From NCBI RefSeq assembly GCF_006345805.1, contig NW_021827604.1, positions 1 to 10,059 on the forward strand: DNA of 10,059 nt. The letters are read 5' to 3'. The position numbers and the translations under genes are program-made. Positions within the stretch are counted from its first letter, which is position 1. The number at the start of each line of letters is the position of its first letter. The stretch comes from Octopus sinensis (Eukaryota). Under the pieces are notes generated by a model that was not told the DNA's origin, ran no database searches, and saw only the letters and a list, made by a program, of their open reading frames with translations. Positions 1 through 6,931 of the stretch are shown piece by piece.

Positions 1-62
1 TAGATAGATAGATAGATAGATCGATAGATAGATAGAATAGATAGATAGATAGATAGATAGAT
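1..62. repeat. (GATA)n/(TAGA)n tetranucleotide microsatellite, running off the window start
   Basis: Near-perfect tagatagata... with two small interruptions. Confidence 0.95.
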
Positions 63-539
63 ATCTCGAAAGACTACGTGAAGGTCACGTTATAGTAGTA
101 TAAATTTAGCCATATCATTAATCTAATAAAATTACTCGGTTCGTTTCTTTGATATTTTCTTGCGATTAAACAATTTATTTTCAAATTACTTTAAGAAAAT
201 TTTGAAGTACAAACCTAATTATTATATCTATCCTAATTTAGTCATTGAAAATTTTTCATATATTATGGTGTCTGTAACAAAATTATGAATGTCACAACAC
301 CATATTGCACATGATTACAAACTTGTAGTATTGTCATAATTACATGATCATTGTTGGAAGCGGGTGAATATTCTTTCAAGCTACGAATGAATATATTCTT
401 ATTGAAACGAAATCGCGTTTTCTCATGTTTTTTTGGTATAATTTCACTTCCTGTAAACTTCTAAAACCTGTGAGCCATTTAGAGAACATAGAAGATTCTA
501 TTATCTCTTCTTGTGGCATTCTTTAACTTCAGATTCATG

Positions 540-693
540 TGGCTGTATGGTAAGAAGCTTGCTTCCCAACCACATGATTATGGGTTCAGTTCCTCTGCGT
601 TGCACCTTGGGCAAGTGTCTTCTACTACAGTCTCTGGCTGACCAAAGCCTTGTGAGAGGAATTTGCAGACGGAACCTAAAAGACGCCCGTCGT
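540..693 (+). mobile_element. tRNA-derived SINE family A, copy 1 (5' half only)
   Basis: A-box-like TGGCTGTATGG (540-550), B-box-like GGTTCAGTTCC (583-593), then CACCTTGGGCAAGTGTCTTCTACTA...GACCAAAGCCTTGTGAG...AGACGGAA...GCCCGTCGT. Aligns by eye to the reverse complement of 2533-2686 and 7174-7327. Ends in the internal TA/TG microsatellite; the 3' half is absent. Confidence 0.9.
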
Positions 694-694
694 G

Positions 695-759
<65 letters not shown>

Positions 760-793
760 ATATATGTATGTATGTATGTATATATATATATAC
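694..793. repeat. Compound (TA)n(TG)n(TATG)n microsatellite (expanded internal tract of SINE A copy 1)
   Basis: Directly follows GCCCGTCGT, the position where the other copies carry a shorter TA/TG tract. Confidence 0.9.
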
Positions 794-1420
794 AAATCAA
801 CTTCTGTAGTCATAAATATTCCACACCTGAGTGATCTCAAAATGTGACCAACTGTGGCCGGTCCCTCGTCTGAAACACACAGACTCAGTAATTTTATTGA
901 TGTCCTCCTTAAACCCTATTATCCAACATATACCGAGCTTTATAAGGGATGCTCTGGACATTTTAAACAATCTCCCGAACAAAACCAACAAGGACTCCCT
1001 TCTGGTTTCATTCGATGTAATAAACCTCTACACTTCGATTCCTCATGAATACGGAATAATAGCCATACAATACTGGCTGGAAAAATTCCCAAATGACATT
1101 CCTGACCAGATCGATAAAAGAAGGCATCGTTGAAGGAATAAAATTCATCCTACAGAACAACTTCTTAACTTCAACGAGAACACTTATACACAAAAAGTGG
1201 GCACGGCAATGGGAACGAGGATAGCCCCTAGTTTTGCCAACCTTGTCATAGCATAGCTGGAAGTCCAAATATACGAGCACGCTAAACTGAAATTTCCAAA
1301 AATACTTACTCACCACCTGGAAACGTTACCTGGATGACTGTGTCATTCTGTGACCACATAAGCTTGAGTAACCTCAAAATTTTTTTTTAAATTAATCAAC
1401 AGCGTTAACCACAGTATCCA
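794..1420 (+). pseudogene. Decayed Penelope-like element (PLE) reverse transcriptase fragment
   Basis: Stitching frames gives DLKM*PTVAGPSSETHRLSNFIDVLLKP / IIQHIPSFIRDALDILNNL...LLVSFDVINLYTSIPHEYG (SFDV from 1008) / EGIKFILQNNF / NFNENTYTQKVGTAMGTRIAPSFANLV (GTAMG from 1200) / WKRYLDDCVIL* (YLDD 1327-1338) / KLINSVNHSI. The RPIV-like, SxDVxxLYTxIP, GxAMGxxxAPxxANL and RYxDD motifs are typical of PLE RTs. Stops at 845-847, 1254-1256, 1351-1353 and 1369-1371; frameshifts near 918, 1119, 1167, 1317 and 1389. No GIY-YIG domain recognised downstream. Confidence 0.9.
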
Positions 1421-2045
1421 TGGCTGGCGACCGTTGCCCACTGGGAAGCCAACCAGGTAGAACGACTAACTTGACCACCATAAAAATATGACGTCACCAA
1501 TACTTTAACGAATCAAAAATCAGATCCGTTCATGGAAAAAAATATAAATACACCGGATTCCAAAAAACACCGTTACAAGCGAATGTCACAGCACACAATG
1601 GAAAAAGAATCACAGAAACTGTAAACAAAACCCTTTCTTTTACTTTCTTCCTTTCTCCATTGTTTTTCTCCCCCTTAACTCAGTATGACTGAAACTTTGA
1701 TGATCCACATTTCTTATCGATCACTACTAACACTATTAAATTTTGTGCATTTAAACAAGTTGATCCACGTGTTTTATATTATTGAATGTTATGAACATTT
1801 AAATCTTATTTCATATTACTGAAACTTCTAAACATTGAAACATTTAAACATGTTTTTTTCTAATTCATAATTTAAAATTTTTACCTTTAATAAACAAAAA
1901 TATTGTTGAAACTAGTTTTGTATCTACCTAAAAAAATCATTTAAAAACAATTACAAATTTTTACAAATTTACGTGCATTTTCAACAACAAATCTTCCTAT
2001 GTTTTCTCTGCGTGGAAATGCACCTCCTCTTTGGTTACACAAAAC

Positions 2046-2090
2046 ACCACACACCACACACATATATATATATATATATCATATATATAT

Positions 2091-2122
<32 letters not shown>
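2046..2122. repeat. (CA)/(TA)n microsatellite
   Basis: Visible alternating TA tract with a short CA-rich lead-in. Confidence 0.9.
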
Positions 2123-2123
<1 letters not shown>

Positions 2124-2254
2124 CAACACAACTACACCACAATATGTATAAATAAATATTAGTGTGTGTATATAATACATACATATATATATATGTATTG
2201 GCTTAAGTTTCTTTGTTTGATTTGCATAATAGTGGTTTGGTCTCTAATTTATTA

Positions 2255-2272
2255 TTATATATATATCTATAT

Positions 2273-2311
<39 letters not shown>
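2255..2311. repeat. (TA)n microsatellite flanking the 3' end of SINE A copy 2
   Basis: Visible TA alternation. Confidence 0.9.
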
Positions 2312-2697
2312 CTTTCTCTTCTTTACTTGTTTCTGGAGCACTACCTTTAATCGAGCAACTCGACACCAAGGACTTTTTCTTTGTAAGCCCAGTACTTATT
2401 CTATCGGTCTCTTTTGCCGAACCGCTAAGTGACGGGGGACATAAACACACCAGCATCGGTTGTCAAGCAATGCAAGGGGGACAAATGCAGACACACAAAC
2501 ACACACGCACACATATAGATATATACATATATACGACGGGCTTCTTTCAGTTTCCGTCTAGCAAATCCACTCACAAGGCTTTGGTCGGCCCGAGGCCATA
2601 GTAGAAGACACTTGCCCAAGGTGCCACGCAGTGGGACTGAACCCGGAACCATGTGGTTGGCAAGCAAACTACTTACCACACAGCCACTCCTGCGCCT
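2312..2697 (-). mobile_element. tRNA-derived SINE family A, copy 2 (near full length)
   Basis: Minus strand reads AGGCGCAGGAGTGGCTGTGTGG (A box 2686-2676)...GGTTCAGTCCC (B box 2643-2633)...GCACCTTGGGCAAGT..., an internal TA/TG tract (about 2482-2532), GACAACCGATGCTGGTGTGTTTA...GCGGTTCGGCAAAAGAGACCGATAGAATAAGTACT..., and an AG-rich end. Colinear with 6932-7331. Confidence 0.93.
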
Positions 2698-3137
2698 ATA
2701 TATATATATATAATATTGATTAAGTACAGGACATCACCAACGATAAAAAATACGTAAGCACACAAGAAATACGTACAGGACAAAATACCAAAGGAAGATA
2801 ACTCGTCAGTTATCGTCTGTTTCACTACTCCCTATTTCGTGCTTTTAACCACAACGAAGCAAAACTTCACAAGACAGCAACATCCAAAAATGTTTTTTAA
2901 TATAAAATTTGTGGAGAGGTAGGGCTTCGAACGAACAAAGAGTAACAGAATGGACGTACAGAGTAAACAATCGACGTAGACAAAAATTAAAAGCCGTTAG
3001 ACCATTCATTCGGACTCTATAAACCACTTTATTTTTTCATACTTTTTGAACGAGTTGTTTCCATACACTTAAATGCTTTCCCAAACAAAATTGCAATTCA
3101 TTTTTGAAGCCATAAAAAAGCTCCAAGGTGGTACACA

Positions 3138-3157
3138 TGCACTCAGCTCTGAGTGCA
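3138..3157. repeat. 20-bp inverted repeat TGCACTCAG-CT-CTGAGTGCA
   Basis: Perfect 9-bp arms (3138-3146 and 3149-3157) with a 2-nt spacer. Confidence 0.85.
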
Positions 3158-3239
3158 CTGCATCCTATAGCAGAAACACCTGTAAGCTAATGAAGTGCAT
3201 TGCATAACCTCCCGTTCCTTTTCCATTTATTTAAATTCA

Positions 3240-3482
3240 TACACACACACATATATATACATACACAACTTAAATAAATATATATACACATAGATGCACA
3301 ATACTTTTGAATACACACACACACACACACACATATTATATATATATATATATATATATATACATACTATATAGATATATAAAATATATAATTTGAGTAC
3401 AGCTTTTGTTATAGTTCTGCTGCTTTTAAATAAAGTATATATATGTATATATATATATATTATATATATATATATATATATA
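3240..3482. repeat. Interrupted (CA)n/(TA)n microsatellite cluster
   Basis: Tracts at about 3240-3290, 3313-3365 and 3438-3482. Confidence 0.85.
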
Positions 3483-4002
3483 AGCATAGGTATTATACTT
3501 ACACAAATACACACATTTGTGTGTATATTTACACATACACCTACAGGTATATGTAGGTGCATAATTGAATACATCTTTAGAAACGTAATTATCTTTTTCT
3601 TTCTTTCTTATTTTATCTTATTTCTTTCTTTGTTTCTTTCTTATTCTATCTTATTTCCAATTTTCTTTATTACCATTGTAAAACGGGTAACATGAAAGAA
3701 ATAACAAAATCATTCCTGAGCAAGAACAAAATCAATTACTATAATAAATGTAAACTACAACGAAACGCATAATTCTTAAATTGGAAAAGCAAAATCTTAA
3801 AAAAACTATTTGGAGCCTTAACATAAATTTCAAGTTTTATCTTAATGATAAAATATTTTTTCAGACTATTTTGGTATTGTGAAGAATAATTTCTTTTTTC
3901 TAAAATATAGATAACACATTTATCTTAGATTTCGGTAAATGTGGAATTATTTTCTACCGACACCTGTGGCTCATATATAAATACTGTGAATTTAAAGAAA
4001 AA

Positions 4003-4168
4003 AAGTGTGGTATGTGTTTGTCTGTGTGTGTGTGTTTGTGTGCTGCGTGTACGTAGGTGTGAGTTTGTGTGTGTTTCCTTGTGTGTGTGTGTATGTGTGT
4101 GTGTGTGTGTGCGTGTGCGTGTGTGCTTGTACGTGTGTGCGTGTGTGTGTATGTACATATATATATAT

Positions 4169-4213
<45 letters not shown>

Positions 4214-4255
4214 ATGTACATGTATAGTATATATATATATAGTATATATATATAT

Positions 4256-4323
<68 letters not shown>

Positions 4324-4325
4324 CT
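4003..4325. repeat. Compound (TG)n-(TA)n microsatellite array
   Basis: TG-rich 4003-4150, then TA/TG/TA tracts to 4325. Source of the spurious CVCV/YIYI ORFs. Confidence 0.92.
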
Positions 4326-4539
4326 ATATACATATGTTTAGATATAATACATATAAATATATACATATATATAAAATATACAAACAACACACACACAAGA
4401 TCACCCACAACACACACACCTACGCCTACGCACGGATTAAAACGCGGAAACAGCAATATTTACCTGGAAAAGTATTTGATTAAATGCTCACTATGCAATT
4501 GTTTCTTATTTGTTTTTCTCTTTTGTTTTTGTTTTTTTT

Positions 4540-4543
<4 letters not shown>

Positions 4544-4582
<39 letters not shown>
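4544..4582. repeat. Perfect (TG)n tract
   Basis: Uninterrupted TG alternation. Confidence 0.95.
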
Positions 4583-4584
<2 letters not shown>

Positions 4585-4765
4585 TTATATTGTGATGAAT
4601 GCATTCCCTACCACGATTCAATCAAGTTTTTGACGCCACATAACCCTGAAATAGTTATCACTGCTAATTACCTGAATGACAAAAATCGTAGGAAATGTAA
4701 TGCTTAGGTAGATTATTTACATTATTTACATTCGACAGATATTTGTCCTCATCTTGTTTGTGGTT

Positions 4766-4811
4766 AACACAACGTTTCGGCTGATATACCCTCCAGCCTT
4801 CTTCAGGTGTC
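4766..4811 (-). ncRNA. Minimal type I hammerhead ribozyme (Penelope-associated, palindromic helix III type)
   Basis: Minus strand: GACAC-CUGAAGA-A-GGCUG-gaggguauau-CAGCC-GAA-ACGU-U-GUGUU. Helix I GACAC/GUGUU, intact CUGANGA core (4806-4800), 5-bp Watson-Crick helix II, GAAA (4778-4775), ACGU palindrome in place of helix III, GUU cleavage triplet (4773-4771). Confidence 0.8.
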
Positions 4812-4860
4812 TTGGAGAAATTTCGGACCCTGGGTTCTCATTCCTAAGGTATTTTTCGAT

Positions 4861-4867
4861 GTTGTTG

Positions 4868-4912
<45 letters not shown>
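4861..4912. repeat. (TTG)n(TTA)n microsatellite
   Basis: gttgttgttg followed by perfect (tta)n. Confidence 0.95.
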
Positions 4913-4914
<2 letters not shown>

Positions 4915-4942
4915 ATGCCATCTTTCTTCAAATTTTCTTCAG

Positions 4943-5025
4943 TTTCTCGCCGAGTGTTTTCCGTACACCTAGAGCAGAGAAGCTCATTGTATGCATTCCC
5001 AGATTACACACACGCAAATTCACAG
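4943..5025 (+). other. Candidate 83-nt internal exon (weak)
   Basis: Pyrimidine-rich tctttcttcaaattttcttcAG acceptor (AG 4941-4942) and CAG|GTAAAA donor (GT 5026-5027). Two of three frames are open (SRRVFSVHLEQRSSLYAFPDYTHANSQ; FSPSVFRTPRAEKLIVCIPRLHTRKFT). No protein recognised; could be repeat sequence. Confidence 0.2.
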
Positions 5026-5131
5026 GTAAAATATGTATTTAAAAAATTAATAAATAAATAAATTCATGAATGGATGTTGTCACAGCGATAATGCTCTTCT
5101 CAGTACATGAGCCGTTCCAGTTAACACGTTT

Positions 5132-5575
5132 TTTATTATTATTATTATTATTGAGTGAGCGAGCAGAGCATGCCATCAAAGTGACACTGGGGTAAAATAT
5201 ACGAAGCCCAGTATACCCATCATGACTACCTGTCTGATAAGGGTACACCAGGCACATGCATCACAACCATATGTGCGCGACATGGTGATCTCATATCAAG
5301 ATAAACAGCACATGACCTTGCAGGTGAGCCCAGTTAGAATTTTTTTCGATCGAGTAACCCATCCCGCTCAAAAGGTCCCTGAATAAGGGTTGTTTAAGGA
5401 CGTTGAACGAAACACCCAGAGGTGAATTATTCAAACCCCAAAGAATCCCTATCAACACATGGCTATGATGCTCCCCCACTACTTCTGCTCGTGATCAGAG
5501 ATGCACATATCGTCAGCCATTAAGGGACATGGCTCAACTGGTTAATGTCAAACAACTGACAAGCAAATCTGTGGT
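5132..5575 (-). mobile_element. (AAT)n-tailed interspersed repeat (SINE body or LINE 3' end), apparently 5'-truncated
   Basis: About 420 bp of more GC-balanced sequence that ends on the minus strand in ...GCTCGCTCACTC-AATAATAATAATAATAA (tail 5152-5132), with a 6-bp stem-loop 35-60 nt before the tail. No coding similarity seen. Resembles an abundant octopus repeat from memory only. Confidence 0.6.
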
Positions 5576-5635
5576 ATTATTATTATTCTTATTATTATTA
5601 TTATTATATTATTATTATTATTATTATTATCATTA

Positions 5636-5701
<66 letters not shown>

Positions 5702-5770
5702 CATTCTTATTATTATTATTATTATTATATTAGTATTATTATTATTATTATTATTATTATATTATTATCA
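5576..5770. repeat. Long imperfect (TTA)n microsatellite
   Basis: About 195 bp of tta repeats with single-base slips. Source of poly-L/I/Y ORFs. Confidence 0.95.
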
Positions 5771-5900
5771 TTCTTGTTTTTTTTTATATATCGTGCTTTC
5801 ACTTCACTACCGAGCGCAGCTCTGTGTGCCTTGGGTATGTGCTGTGTTTTGTTGTGATGCTCTGATGGTTACTGTATGAAAGTGTCTTGCGTAGGATGTA

Positions 5901-5982
5901 TTATTATTATTATTTTATTTTATTATTATTATTATTATTATTGTTATTATTATTACATTATTATTATTATTATCATTATTCA
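5901..5982. repeat. Imperfect (TTA)n microsatellite
   Basis: Visible tta repeats. Confidence 0.93.
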
Positions 5983-6019
5983 TTACCTATCGATATTTTA
6001 GGATTAGCTACCATGGCAT

Positions 6020-6093
6020 CGCTACTGCGAATCGTAGATAGGAAAATTCCGAGACGCCCTACGCCCTAACACTACGCCATTTGCCCGTAGGCA
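6020..6093 (-). mobile_element. Degenerate tRNA-like SINE head
   Basis: Minus strand TGCCTACGGGCAAA-TGGCGTAGTG-TTAGGGCG (A box 6079-6070), with only a decayed B-box remnant (CGATTC, about 6034-6029). Confidence 0.4.
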
Positions 6094-6274
6094 TATAGAA
6101 TTGTATAGAACTGTAATGCTTAAGGTTTAGTGAAAAGAGTTTGCTGCTAGAGATTTGTGAAATATCTATAGTAATATGGAGACGGAAACTGAAGAACGGG
6201 CTCGGAATTATTGAAACGTGACTTTTAATATACCAGAAGGCTGCGATTCCACTAAATTAAGCAGGACTGCAGAA

Positions 6275-6369
6275 AGAAACTTTTACCTCCATGTGGTGAG
6301 GATTGAACTCAGGAAGAAAAGAATTGAATCTTATGTTCAACGCTCTAACACTCCCGTCAATCTGCTGCC
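6275..6369 (-). mobile_element. Degenerate tRNA-like SINE head (another family)
   Basis: Minus strand GGCAGCAGAT-TGACGGGAGTGTTAG-AGCG (A-box-like 6359-6345) and GAGTTCAATCC (B box 6310-6300), at tRNA-like spacing of about 34 nt. Confidence 0.5.
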
Positions 6370-6426
6370 CTTGGTGTTTTGAAATAAACGTTTTGTATTT
6401 TAAGCACAAGACCAGCCATTTTAAGA

Positions 6427-6522
6427 TTCAGTCTACTAAAAGCAACCACAAGGCTATATTAAAGGTTTATAGTAGAAGACACTTGCGCAATGGAACTGAA
6501 CCCGAATCCATGTGGTTGGCAA
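6427..6522 (-). mobile_element. SINE family A, copy 3 (internal fragment)
   Basis: CACAAGGCT...ATAGTAGAAGACACTTGC...ACTGAACCCG..CCATGTGGTTGGCAA matches 2572-2663. Carries a 12-nt deletion; the A box and 3' half are missing. Confidence 0.8.
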
Positions 6523-6523
6523 T

Positions 6524-6530
<7 letters not shown>

Positions 6531-6587
<57 letters not shown>

Positions 6588-6595
6588 ATATATAT
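6531..6595. repeat. (TA)n microsatellite
   Basis: Visible TA alternation with two slips. Confidence 0.95.
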
Positions 6596-6691
6596 GTGCT
6601 CGGGTTTGTAAGGGAAATAACTATATAAGCATTTTTAGAGAGTTATAGCCAAAAAATAGCAACAAAATGCCAATTAAAAATGGGAAAAAAT

Positions 6692-6892
6692 GATGGCCAA
6701 CAGAAGAAAGAGTGAGAGAAAGTTGTGGCGAAAGAGTACACCAGGGATCGCCACCACCTCACCTGCCGGAGCCGCGTGTAGCTTTAGGTGTTTTCGCTCA
6801 ACAAACACTCACAACGCCCGGTCTGGGAATCGAAACCGCGATCCTACAACCGCGAGTCCGCTCCCCTAAATACTGGGCCATTGCGCCTCCAC
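6692..6892 (-). mobile_element. tRNA-derived SINE family B
   Basis: Minus strand GTGGAGGCGCAA-TGGCCCAGTA (A-box-like 6880-6871)...GGTTTCGATTCCC (B box 6837-6825)-AGACCGGGCGTTGTGAGTG... The GC-rich body is unrelated to family A. The 3' boundary is uncertain. Confidence 0.8.
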
Positions 6893-6931
6893 ATATATAT
6901 ATATATCTATGTATGTATGTATGTATGCATA

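Larger units (their letters stand above)
4712..4912 (-). mobile_element. Short non-coding retroposon-like segment carrying a PLE-type hammerhead (3' part)
   Basis: On the minus strand: (TAA)n tract (4912-4861), unique linker, hammerhead (4811-4766), then a 9-bp tandem terminal repeat (plus strand ATTATTTAC x2 + ATT, 4712-4732) resembling a SINE-type tandem tail. Element boundaries are inferred. Confidence 0.6.

Noticed and set aside
501-834. ORFs 501-800 (-) and 511-834 (+), and similar ORFs over 2244-2679 and 6907-7341
   Set aside because: These are translations of SINE A plus its microsatellite. The same peptides recur in each copy with indels and have no protein motif.
1420-1700. Possible GIY-YIG endonuclease continuation of the PLE
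   Set aside because: No GIY, YIG or other recognisable motif was found in the frames I read.
2633-2697. tRNA gene at SINE heads (also 6825-6892)
   Set aside because: A/B boxes are present, but no acceptor stem or full cloverleaf can be formed and the heads run into SINE bodies.
2740-2816. Minus-strand CTGACGA (2809-2803) with a possible 7-bp helix I (ACGATAA/TTATCGT) as a hammerhead
   Set aside because: There is no GAAA core half or helix II between the arms, and a competing local hairpin sequesters the core.
4455-4470. Minus-strand splice-like signals (TTTTCCAG|GTAAAT; also CAG|GTAATT near 4670)
   Set aside because: No matching partner site giving an open exon; such motifs are common in AT-rich DNA.
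3227-4707. Long ORFs rich in [12 protein letters not shown] (e.g. 4005-4595, 196 aa), also those at 7387-10059
   Set aside because: Dinucleotide repeats lack stop codons in most frames, so the ORFs are artefacts.
4915-4950. Minus-strand CTGAAGA...GAAA (4942-4921) as a hammerhead
   Set aside because: No helix II, no helix I and no NUH site; the purine-rich match is likely chance.
5480-5525. Minus-strand CTGACGA (5516-5510) as a hammerhead
   Set aside because: It is followed by GAAG rather than GAAA, with no closing helices.
5529-6069. Poly-Leu/Ile/Tyr ORFs that look like membrane proteins
   Set aside because: They are translations of (TTA)n.
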